This document shows positions 12,701 to 24,200 of a DNA stretch of 64,000 nucleotides, piece after piece. The stretch is from Macrostomum hystrix. Lineage: Eukaryota; Animalia; Platyhelminthes. The translations under genes were made by a program, and so were the position numbers. Position 1 is the first letter of the stretch. The number at the start of each line of letters is the position of its first letter. The notes beneath the pieces were generated by a model, which saw only the letters and a program-made list of their open reading frames with translations, did not search any database and was not told the DNA's origin. The stretch covers positions 1,550,001-1,614,000 of the forward strand of contig CATNEN010000038.1 in NCBI GenBank assembly GCA_950097015.1. The letters run 5' to 3'.

Positions 12701-15700
12701 CCACCTGTTCGTCACCGTTGTGCCCTGCGCCCAGCCTGTCGACGTTGAGTTCTCGAGTCACAGCGGCACCAGCGGTGTAAGCTCGCTGAGGCAAACCGTG
12801 CTCAACGATCATCTGCTCACCGGTGATAAGTGTGAGTACAATCGTTTAGTGCCTAAATTTAGAACTAGGCATAATTTTCAATTGCCTAAACACCTGTTAA
12901 TCTAATGGTTTCACCCCTTGTTTTCAGATGATTTAACAATTTTACAAGATGGTTTTACCATTAATCAGTTTATTTCAACTGTTCAACTCATGATTTCACC
13001 TGTCGAATAAGCATTTGTCTCAAGCCAGTGAGGTACCCAGCATGCCACATGCTGACTTTGTCCAGCTACCCGGCCAACCCGCAGACCCAGACAGCCAGCT
13101 GCACCGTGACCTCGCCAGCAGTCGCGGAGTGACCTACAAGCTGGCTACCCGCAATCTGCGCATCCTGAACCTTCGCCTGCGGACCTCGCCGAATCGGCTC
13201 AATCGATCCGCATCGTCTATTTGGACGACATTCAACGGCAGCGCCAAGGCGCAGATCCACCTGTCGACTCGCTACCCGGGCGTGGAGCTCGGATCCAGCC
13301 GCTACAATGTGCGAATCTGCGCCAGAAATCCAACGGAGCAGCCGGAACTGCTCAGCGTACAACTGCAGCCGCTCCTCAGCACCCCGCTGAGCATGCCTGA
13401 CCGGCAGCTGTGCATTGTCATCAACCGAGTCCGGCCATTGCCTGAGTACTGCTCAGCTCAAATTGGCCTCAGAAACCGGCTGCCGTATCCCAGACCGGAC
13501 CTGCTGGCTGGCACGTCAGCCCTGGGCCTGTCGGAGGCGGACGGCCAATTTGTGTACAAATGCGAGGACTATTCGGCAGACATCTGGCGCCGCTACCCGG
13601 TGCTGAATGTGTCCCGGCTGCTGCTGGCAGCTGATCCTGCGGTGCTGTTTGTCAATGTCTACCTGGTGGGACCGGGGACAGGTGAGTGCTTACAATTTGT
13701 CTCTTTCGTGCTAGACTCATTGATCTCGAATTCGCGGCGATGTCACAAGGCTTGGAAGGTTTGTCGTGCAATTCACACCCAAGGCCCAGTGAGACTGTAC
13801 ACTGCATGACGATGATAAAGTCCGCACAGATGTACACTCCTGGGTATGCTCAGTGAAAGTCAGGTTCTTGTTAAAGCTGCAGCTCAGATGGTCTGGGAAG
13901 AGCAGGTTTCGGTTGCTGGGCAACAGTAACGCATCAGAGCGCGCCCGCATTCGCAGACGGCCAGCCCGAAGTCACCACCTGGGAGACTGTGCGCTACTAC
14001 AGGCGCGATCCCGCTGAACCGCCTGGCTCCAAGCAGCCGCCGCAGCTCCCAGTGAGCTGCGGTCCCGACAGCCAGTTCCATGGCGAGGGCAGCGCCGAAC
14101 TGCTGAAAGTGGCGCCTGGCGTCTTCCGCGCCGACCTGACCGTCCAGCTGCCGCCTGGAGCATCGCTGCTGGTGCGGCCATCGCGCCTGGAGCTGCTGGG
14201 CTCGGCCTACAAAATCCGGCTGTCGCCATACAGCGGCCAGTCGGTGTCCTTCGAGCGCCTGGCCGAGGCGGGACAGCTGAGCTGCTCCGACTCTGTCTGG
14301 GCCTACGGTGGGGTGGCCTGCGAGCCGCGCCGACTGCACGCCTGCCTGCCCGGCGATGAGGAGGCCTGTCGCTACGACAGCGTGAGACTCAGCGTGCGCG
14401 TTGAGAACAAGCGCATCTTCGACTTGGTCGACGGCCGGCGCAGCGTTCGATTGCTGCAGTACCGCAAGAGAGGTGCGCTGACCGCTGAACTGATTCATTC
14501 ACTAAGCACAGGTGTTAATTGCATTGTCTTGCTGTCAGTCCACGTACATTGGATGAATGTTTTCTCAGATCGCAGATTTTCCGAGCCACGCAAGGTTCAG
14601 TGGCAGTTCATCCAGACGTCTGACGGCGGCCGACCGACTCCCGGCGCCATCGAGCCGCGCATCGGTCGAGTTCGCGACGTCATGCGCCTGTTGATGCACC
14701 TGACCTACCCGAGCCCCACCGACATCGATCGAAAACGACTTGCCAGGGCGGACGAGAGCGTCATTCCGAGGAATGAGCTGCCAGGCAATGTAAGAATCTC
14801 AACAGCAAGCTGACAGGCTGGCCATTGCTCAACTATAGATCCTGCATCATCTTCACCCCCATTCAGCTCCTGGAGGCTCACCGCAGAGACGCCACCATTC
14901 GACACTGTCACGTCGCCCTGGAGACCGCCTCGTTCAACGACTCGCGTCACCGCTTGATCCGGCAGTCAGCTGGCTGCTACCAGCGCCTGCTGGAGCTGCA
15001 CCTGAAGATCAACAAGCACTGCGCGCGCAGGGACAACCTGCTGGAGGTCTCGGTGGCTCTGCCGACAGCCCAGGGACCAACATTGAATCGCTACCTCTGC
15101 TTAGTCTACGAGGTGATGGTGCGGGAGCCACCGCTGACGAGCGAATTCAAGAACTCGGGTAGATTCATGCGCAGGCTAGCGAAGCTGCAGAGAAGAGCGG
15201 AGCGACAGGTGCGAACTCGCCTGCTCCAGAGCCTGTCCGCGTTTGAGTTGCCGACTGAGAAGAATCAGGGATTCCACAGGCCGGATGCGAGGGCGACTGC
15301 TGTGCGTGTTCTGTTTGTAACAGGGTCCATTCCTGTCTAACAGGATCCATTCCTGTCTAACAGGATCCATTCCTGTCTAACAGGATCCATTCCTGTCTTA
15401 CAGGATCCATTCCTGTCTAACAGCATCCATTCCTGTCTAACAGCATCCATTCCTGTCTAACAGGATCCATTCCTGTCTAACAGGATCCATTCCTGTCTAA
15501 CAGCATCCATTCCTGTCTAACAGGATCCATTCCTGTCTAACAGCATCCATTCCTGTCTAACAGGATCCATTCCTGTCTTACAGGATCCATTCCTGTCTAA
15601 CAGCATCCATTCCTGTCTAACAGCATCCATTCCTGTCTTACAGGATCCATTCCTGTCTAGCAGCATCCATTCCTGTCTAACAGGATCCATTCCTGTCTAA

Positions 15701-17141
15701 CAGGATCCATTCCTGTCTAACAGGATCCATTCTTGTCTTACAGGATCCATTCCTGTCTAACAGGATCCATTCCTGTCTAACAGGATCCATTCCTGTCTAA
15801 CAGGATCCATTCCTGTCTAACAGGATCCATTCCTGTCTTACAGCATCCATTCCTGTCTAACAGGATCCATTCCTGTCTAACAGGATCCATTCTTGTCTTA
15901 CAGGATCCATTCCTGTCTAGCAGCATCCATTCCTGTCTAACAGCATCCATTCCTGTCTAACAGGATCCATTCCTGTCTAACAGGATCCATTCCTGTCTTA
16001 CAGGATCCATTCCTGTCTTACAGCATCCATTCCTGTCTAACAGCATCCATTCCTGTCTTACAGGATCCATTCCTGTCTAACAGGATCCATTCCTGTCTAA
16101 CAGCATCCATTCCTGTCTAACAGGATCCATTCCTGTCTAACAGGATCCATTCCTGTCTAACAGCATCCATTCCTGTCTAACAGGATCCATTCCTGTCTAA
16201 CAGGATCCATTCCTGTCTAACAGGATCCATTCCTGTCTTACAGCATCCATTCCTGTCTAACAGGATCCATTCCTGTCTAACAGGATCCATTCTTGTCTTA
16301 CAGGATCCATTCCTGTCTAGCAGCATCCATTCCTGTCTAACAGGATCCATTCCTGTCTTACAGGATCCATTCCTGTCTAACAGGATCCATTCCTGTCTAA
16401 CAGGATCCATTCCTGTCTTACAGGATCCATTCCTGTCTAACAGCATCCATTCCTGTCTAACAGGATCCATTCCTGTCTAACAGGATCCATTCTTGTCTAA
16501 CAGCATCCATTCCTGTCTAACAGGATCCATTCCTGTCTAACAGGATCCATTCCTGTCTAACAGGATTCATTCCTGTCTAACAGGATCCATTCCTGTCTAA
16601 CAGGATCCATTCCTGTCTAACAGCATCCATTCCTGTCTAACAGGATCCATTCCTGTCTAACAGCATCCATTCCTGTCTAACAGGATCCATTCCTGTCTAA
16701 CATGTGACACTCATGTTTAACAGGTGAAATCCTTCACCCAATGTCAGGCTCGGATCCATTATGGTCTTTATCAGATTAATCAGATTAGAATGAGCAACCC
16801 AAACTCAAACTGATTTTCAGATCCGACGAACAAATCAGCGGCGCCACAGTCAACGCCGTCGCCGACACGCGAAGGCGAAGGTTGTAGGCTTCAAGATGCT
16901 CTATCGCCAGTGGAGCCTGGCAGGCGCTACGCCGCAGTTTCAGCCCCGAGTCAGCGTTCGCGACTGGGACTTCGCGGCGGTGCGCCGGCGCTACTTCGCC
17001 GTGTACGTCTACGCAGCGCCAGCTGGGCGAGGTGGCGAAGGCGGCTGGCGACCCAGCCGGTGGATGACCTCGCCGTCGTTGTTTGCCTTTCGGCTTGTGA
17101 CGCTGGATTATAAATGGCTTCAAAAATGTCGATTCAGTTGA
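8347..17141 (+). CDS. NDNF/Nord-like secreted protein, paralog B (exons 8347-8543, 12656-12831, 13025-13681, 13957-14472, 14569-14789, 14867-15301, 16821-17141; ~840 aa)
   Basis: Seven exons with GT-AG introns and matching phases (2,1,1,1,0,0) sum to 2523 nt. N-terminal hydrophobic signal-like segment ([16 protein letters not shown]). Motifs [28 protein letters not shown] and LFVNVYLV resemble recalled NDNF motifs (LSVTVTPCDAP, QYCVVINKEHNFKSLCA, YYFDVFVV). The gene model is more certain than the family name. Confidence 0.75.
8570..9060 (+). repeat. 32-bp minisatellite (AATTGACCATTATCCACCTGCTTCATCACAGT)n, ~15 copies, gene B intron 1
   Basis: Direct reading; starts ~25 bp after the donor. Confidence 0.96.
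9564..9806 (+). repeat. (GATA/GACA)n microsatellite
   Basis: Direct reading. Confidence 0.97.
10340..11015 (+). repeat. 11-bp minisatellite TTCCATTGT(G/A)G and variants, ~60 copies
   Basis: Direct reading; variant units occur in blocks. Confidence 0.95.
11567..12600 (+). repeat. 21-bp minisatellite ACTGTTAGAC(T/A)CTAGGATA(G/A)A, ~49 copies
   Basis: Direct reading; ends ~55 bp before the acceptor at 12655. Confidence 0.97.
13720..13850 (+). mobile_element. SINE family 2 fragment in gene B intron 3
   Basis: Similarity to 3790-3900. Confidence 0.55.
15318..16702 (+). repeat. 20-bp minisatellite (AACAGGATCCATTCCTGTCT)n, ~69 copies, filling gene B intron 6
   Basis: Direct reading. The unit contains the inverted repeat ACAGGA/TCCTGT. 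Confidence 0.97.
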
Positions 17142-17271
17142 AAAGTCCAGCTTTGTAACTTCAGTTGTAGGCCAATAATGCTCATGACGCTGCCAGTACG
17201 AGTATAAGCAAGGTAGGCATAAGGGTGTTACACTAGGTATTATTATATAGAATAAACTGTTAGACAAATCA

Positions 17272-17868
17272 AGGGGGCGAGTGGGTCAGCGGCTAACGTC
17301 GCTGCATCGCACTCCAAAGGACGCTAGTTCGATTCACCCTTCAAGTCACGATTAATTTCGGGACTTGTTGGGGGGTTTGGACAGTAGCGACCGGCGGAGG
17401 TGCACCATATTTCGTGCAATCAAAGCTTAAAATAATAGCTTCGCTCCTACCTTTCTGTGTGCCTGTTCTGCGTTGTGTGAGTTGTGTGCGTTGGCGCTGG
17501 GGCGTGAGACCTTGCGGGGGGTGGCTGGAGGGCGGGTGTACACCGCCGCGCCCTTTCTGGACTTCCGTCAGCGCGATTGGATAAGTGTACACTCATAACC
17601 CAGCCCCCCCCTGAGGACTGATTTCTTATCAGCCTTCCGCCCCGGCTTGATCTGCTATGTGCGTGTGGGGCTGGGGTGGGGGACACTGCTGCCTATTCTG
17701 GGTGCCTCCTGTCCTCCCCGCCTGGTCTGTGCTGCTGTGTGTGGTGCCTGCTCAGGGGAGGCGGCGCGATGGGCGCAAAAGCGCCTAGTTCGCCGGTCTG
17801 GGGGCGTGCCGCTCCGTCGCTTGTGCGACAAGTGCCCCGGGCCCCCTGCAAATAGATAGATAGAGAGA
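17272..17868 (+). mobile_element. Full-length tRNA-derived SINE (~600 bp) with 13-bp TSD
   Basis: Perfect direct repeat GTTAGACAAATCA at 17259-17271 and 17869-17881. A-box-like TGGGTCAGCGG and B-box GTTCGATTC in the head; short (GATA)n tail. Confidence 0.85.
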
Positions 17869-18611
17869 GTTAGACAAATCACGAGAAATCTGTTTTTCGC
17901 GAAAGCATTATTCACGCTTGTAAATGAGAATTATATCTGCAGTATATTTGTTTTCGGAAGGCGTGTTTATCATAGAGTACCCCAGAAGTTTCCGTTAATA
18001 TTTGTTATATTTAAACTATTTGTCCGTTTTTCGCAAGATTTTCATTCCATAGATTGTCGCTAAGCATAGGAAATGTTTAACTTGTTGATTTGATTCACCC
18101 ATCGGCATGATTTCGCATTCACTGCCGTATTAGTTTATAGTCATTATGCAATCTATAATTAAAAATCTATTTTTATAGCTTTTCAAAATTCGCTGATCGT
18201 TCGCCTGGTGAATAACAATGGCCCATATTCCAATGCCGTTGTTCACGCATCTTACAATAGCTGCCTACTGTTCACCGCATCAAGCATTTAGTTTATTTTT
18301 TCAAAGCTACATTCAAGTCGTCGATTATTTTATTTTACCATTATATTGTCATGAAAAATGACGCGAACTTTTTTCAGTTAACTACACTACCTGAGCGGAA
18401 AGTTCATAAATTGATTCAATAAAAATCGCTATCTTCTCAAAAACTTTAAGTCTAAATATACAGATTATTGCAATAAAGTACAAGTCCAAATGTACTTCTT
18501 ATACGAGCGTACAGTTGTATGACAACTTTCTGCTGAATTTTGAATAAAATGTTTGTTTAACTGTCTGATTTGCGGCTGCTTGTCATGCTGTTGATGTCAT
18601 GCAGCATGTTG

Positions 18612-19356
18612 CGATTCCAGCTGCATCTTCTGATACGATTCCAGCTGCATCTCCTGATACGATTCCAGCTGCATCTTCTGATACGATTCCAGCTGCATCT
18701 TCTGATACGATTCCAGCTGCATCTTCTGATACGATTCCAGCTGCATCTTCTGATACGATTCCAGCTAAATCATCTGATACGATTCCAGCTGCATCTCCTG
18801 GTGCGATTCCAGCGGCATCATCTGATACGATTCCAGCTAAATCATCTGATACGATTCCAGCTGCATCTCCTGGTGCGATTCCAGCTGCATCATCTGATAC
18901 GATTCCAGCTGCATCTTCTGATACGATTCCAGCTGCATCTTCTGATACGATTCCAGCTGCATCTTCTGATACGATTCCAGCTGCATCTTCTGATACGATT
19001 CCAGCTGCATCTTCTGATACGATTCCAGCTGCATCTTCTGATACGATTCCAGCTGCATCTTCTGATACGATTCCAGCTGCATCTTCTGATACGATTCCAG
19101 CTGCATCTTCTGATACGATTCCAGCTGCATCTTCTGATACGATTCCAGCTGCATCTTCTGATACGATTCCAGCTGCATCTTCTGATACGATTCCAGCTGC
19201 ATCTTCTGATACGATTCCAGCTGCATCTTCTGATACGATTCCAGCTAAATCATCTGATACGATTCCAGCTGCATCTTCTGATACGATTCCAGCTAAATCA
19301 TCTGATACGATTCCAGCTGCATCTCCTGGTGCGATTCCAGCGGCATCATCTGATAC
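18612..19356 (+). repeat. 24-bp minisatellite (GATACGATTCCAGCTGCATCTTCT)n, left part
   Basis: Direct reading. Confidence 0.97.
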
Positions 19357-19991
19357 TATTATTATTATTATTATTATTGAGGTGCGCACGCCGATTAGGT
19401 GCTGATTTTTTTTGTTTATTTTATGTTTGAGGTTAAACAAATCGATTTTTTAAAGAGAAGGCGATAGGAAAACAGTAGCATGCGTAATTTTAGGTTAATA
19501 GAATATTTTGAAAAAAAACAAATTTTTGAAATAAACAAAGGCATTAAAACAAAAAATGAAATATTGAAATTTAAAGAGAAAATTAAAACTGACCGAAAGG
19601 AGAATAGCTATTGTGTTTTCGCATTCTAACTATGGGCCTCAGGGCAGTGGCTTTTTATCTTGCTTTAATTATGCTTTCTATGAAGTCCACAAAACTTTCT
19701 GTTAATTCTGTGCTTTCCTGTGTCATTAAATACACAATTTTGTCATCAGCTGTTTGGCTTTCGAAATTTCGAACAGTTACTTGCTACTTTCTCTATAAAT
19801 TTATTTCTAACTGGAACATAAACGGACCAATCGCATCTAAAGAGAATTGAGTTTCGTTCTCTACCTCGACTCTACGTTTTGGACAAGTTCTGCTTTCATA
19901 GGCGATTTTCGGTCTTACAGTGCGCAATGTCTCACAGGCCAGTTTGTGGTTTCCTAGACGAAATCGGGACATTGTGCGCCTTTGTTCTGGG
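19357..19991 (-). mobile_element. 5'-truncated LINE 3' end inserted into the 24-bp array
   Basis: The minus strand encodes SRFRLGNHKLACETLR...RTCP...VENETQF, typical of an L2/CR1-group ORF2 C-terminus. (TAA)n tail at 19357-19378; TGATAC on both flanks. Confidence 0.8.
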
Positions 19992-20465
19992 TGATACGAT
20001 TCCAGCTGCATCATCTGATACGATTCCAGCTGAATCATCTGATACGATTCCAGCTGCATCTTCTGATACGATTCCAGCTGAATCATCTGATACGATTCCA
20101 GCTGCATCTTCTGATACGATTCCAGCTGAATCATCTGATACGATTCTAGCTGCATCTTCTGATACGATTCCAGCTGCATCATCTGATACGATTCCAGCTG
20201 AATCATCTGATACGATTCCAGCTGAATCATCTGATACGATTCCAGCTGCATCATCTGATACGATTCCAGCTGCATCATCTGATACGATTCCAGCTGCATC
20301 TTCTGATACGATTCCAGCTGCATCTTCTGATACGATTCCAGCTTAATCTTCTGATACGATTCCAGCTTCATCATCTGATACGATTCTAGCTTTATCATCT
20401 GATACGATTCCAGCTGTATCTTCTGATACGATTCTATCTGCATCTCCTGCTGCGATTCCAGCTGT
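19992..20465 (+). repeat. 24-bp minisatellite, right part
   Basis: Same unit as 18612-19356, decaying toward the right edge. Confidence 0.96.
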
Positions 20466-21234
20466 ATTATCTAATGCAATTCAAGCTTCGATTGTAATTG
20501 AGTGCTTCTGTAATGACTAGATGTATTTACTTATTACAAATTATGAACCAGTGGTATGGTTGTGGTGTTGCAGTTAAGGAACTAAATGCCAATTCTAATT
20601 CTCTAATATCTCCTAATTTATTTCACGGGCAGCACGAAGTCCAAACGAATTATTTTCATAGAACTATAACTGTTCTACTTACTCAATTTCGGTTTTATTA
20701 TTGAATGCAGAATTAATTCATTAAAAGAAACGTAGGCTTATAATAAGAGGACAATAGCGCCGAGCACAAAAAACCAATCAGTTAAAAATTTGCGCCGAAT
20801 TCAACAGGTACAGTTAATTAGTAACGATCTGCACTCAGGAGACTGTTTAAATAGAACTTACGACAGTTGATTAAAAATTATGTCCGAGACAGAGCAGCGT
20901 ACAGATGACGGCAATGAGTCGGGCTTGCAATGCACTATATTGAACTAATTATGGAGCTATAACTACTTGATGATGTAACTTGGGAAGCCTATTAAGGCGA
21001 TTAACAAGTGTCACCTAGCCTGGGCCAAACGTATCTGCTGGGTGGTGCTGCCAAAAATGACATATGTGACAAACCGGAGTGACAACATGCATGCAGAACT
21101 TTCATTTGTATTATTCAAATTTATGAACGAGTAAAAATAAAACAAAATAACTAATGAGCTTTCGCTCGGGTAATTATTTTGCACAAAGCAATGCGATTAA
21201 GGTAACGAAGGTTACCTACAATCTACCTCAGTCT

Positions 21235-24200
21235 CTAGAAATCCTCAATGGCGTCTAGGTCATTGTAATTGATCAGCTTGCGGCCACCCGGTGCCATCAT
21301 TGGGCGAATCGGTCGACCTTCGCCAGGCGGCCCCGGCGGTCCGCCGCGGAAGCCACCGCGTGGAGGTCCGCCACCGCCGAACCGATCATTGAAGTAGCCA
21401 CCGCGGCCGCCGCCAAAGTCGCGCTGTTGGTAGCCTCCGCCACCTCCGCCGTAGAAATCTGGTCTTCGGCCGCCGCCCTGATCGTAGCGAGGCGCGTAGC
21501 CGCCGCCGTATTCGTAGTCTCGGCCACCGCGAAAAGCGCCGCCTCCTCCGCCCTGCATTCGGCCGCCGCCGCCCATCTGCTGTTGCATATAGTGCTGCTG
21601 CTGCTGTTGCTGCTGCTGCTGAATCTGCTGGTGACTGTGATGAGCAGGATCGGCCACATGCGGCCGCTTCGGATCCCGGATGTAGTTGTTGAAGTATTGC
21701 ACCTCCTTTTTGACATCGTCAACATTCGTCTGGTACTTGTTGAAGATGTGCTTGCGAATAAACTCCGGGCCTTTAAACTTCTTGCCGGAGAGGGGGCACA
21801 GCCACTGGAAGGAGGGAATGAAACGGTACGGTCGAGTGGTAAGCTGATGCTTTTATATTATGCTAAAATCAAGCATTATCAACTGATAAATAACTCAGAA
21901 TCGGTGGTGGTTAAAAAGCGTCTAAAACACTGGAGGGTTATTACGAGTACCTTATCCTGGCCTAGCTCCTTAGTGTTGTCCTGAATAAACTTCTCAACGG
22001 CTGCCTCTTCGTCGCGCAGGCCCAACTTCTTGGCATCGTCGGCCGCAATGGGACTAACAAACTGCGTCAATGATTGCACTTTAGATTCGAATTCGCGCAT
22101 GTAGTTGTCAACCTCGCGCTGCAGGATGGGTTTGTCCGGCATGGTGACAGCGCCCCTCGCGTGCATGATGCCGCAGCGGTGCGGCATGTCGTCCTCGCTG
22201 GGGTACTCGGTGGCCGAGTAGAAGTCAACGCTGTGCACGGCGCGCAGGTAAAGAATGAGGCGGTCCAGCTTGGCCTGCAGGGCCGGTTCGATCTCGATTT
22301 TCACCTCGGTGTCGCCGCCTGACTGCGATTCCAAGGCTACGCCACCTGGAGGGCGTGGTGAAGGATGAATAGCCAACGTGAATAATAATATGATGATGGG
22401 ATTGCGTAACAATGCACGAGTTCAATCAACAATTGCACTGACCTCACAGGACAAAGTTGATGACTTACCCAATGACTGGAGTAAATGACTAACCCAATGA
22501 CTGGAGTGAATGACTTACCCAATGACTGGAGTGAATGACTTACCCAATGACTGGAGTGAATGACTTACCCAATGACTGGAGTGAATGACTTACCCAATGA
22601 CTGGAGTAAATGACTAACCCAATGACTGGAGTAAATGACTTACCCAATGACTGGAGTGAATGACTTACCCAATGACTGGAGTGAATGACTTACCCAATGA
22701 CTGGAGTAAATGACTAACCCAATGACTGGAGTGAATGACTTACCCAATAAATGGAGTGAATGACTTACCCAATAAATGGAGTGAATGACTTACCAAATAA
22801 ATGGAGTGAATGACTTACCCAATGACTGGACTGAATGACTAACCCAATGACTGGAGTAAATGACTAACCCAATGACTGGAGTGAATGACTAACCCAATGA
22901 CAGGAGTGAATGAGTCAATGACTAACCTAACAACTAAAAATAACAAGCTATAGCAACGAAACCAACATACCTAGTAAAGCCTCCTCTTCATAGCTGCCCT
23001 CGTCGACGATGAATTCGGCTAGATTTTTCAGCAGCGGATTGGTACTGGCGGAGGCGCCAAGCACTGGACAATTGACGCCAGCAGTGGAGGTGACCAGATC
23101 GGCAGGCAGCTGCGGCGCAGACATGGCTGACGATTTATTTGTCACCTCCGAGCCATTTGAACTGACATGCAGGCTCTGCTTGGCGTCAAGCTGTTGAACA
23201 ATCCTAGCCGCTAGGCGAATGTCCTGACGCATGACGGTGCGATGGTTAGCCACAGTCATGATTGGCCTCACTCGCATGGACAATTCGCGATTCACAATGG
23301 CGCCAAGGTCGCAATCCTTCAGGCTGGGATGTGTTTGAAGGGGGGTTGGAATTATTTAGAAGCCAGTAGATGATAATTAATAATAGGGTCAGATGTATAG
23401 CCGACAACACAGCTCCAATAATTGCGCGGCGCATATGAAAGCTGCGTACTTATGTCCAGTCCATGGACTAAGGGGACGCCACACCCACTCTAAACTACCG
23501 CAGCTGATTGCTCATTTAACAGCTGGGTAACTGACCCAGCAATGCAGAGTGAAGTGTCTTGCTAAAGGACACAAGTTGTTCTAGAAGAGTCAAAATCGAA
23601 CACTAAACAAGTCTAACACTAAATAATGCTCACCGAATGTTGTTGAGATTCCAGCAGATCTCTTTAATATTGACGTCGTGCTGAAATGTGATCCAACCGC
23701 GCCTGAAGAATTTTCGCTCAGCTAGCGGATCCTGTAGCGCCAGGCGCATGAATCCAGGATAGGCTTTGCACAGTTTCTCAACCTCTGAGCGGGTGATGCT
23801 GGGGTGCAGATTGCGCAGGAAGATGGACTGAGTGCGGTGCAGCGGACGTGGTCGCCGTGGCAGCCGGAGCTCGCCCAACTCGTCCTTCTGACTGGACTCC
23901 TTGTCTGCCTCTTTCTGCTGCTGCTTTGGCTCAGTGGTGGACGCATCGGCCGGACCAGTGGCGGCGGCTTTCGGCTCTTCAACACCATCGGCCTTCTTGT
24001 CAGGGACATCATTCAAATCGTCCACAATAGGCTTTTTATCGGCGTCGCTGCCGGCAGCTCCATCAATCTCCTGTTTAATGTCAACGTCGGCCTTAACGGA
24101 GTTTCCGTCAGCAGAAGCGGCGGCATAGCCTTCAACACTAACTGGCAGGTCGACATCGGCTGCGTGCTGGTCTTTGTCCGCCGAATTTGGGTCTTTGTTT

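Noticed and set aside
14473-14568. In-frame 96-bp segment read as coding by the ORF track
   Set aside because: Bounded by GT/AG at the same position and phase as gene A's intron, so treated as an intron; retention is not excluded.
10352-20443. Repetitive ORFs ([34 protein letters not shown])
   Set aside because: Minisatellite translations.
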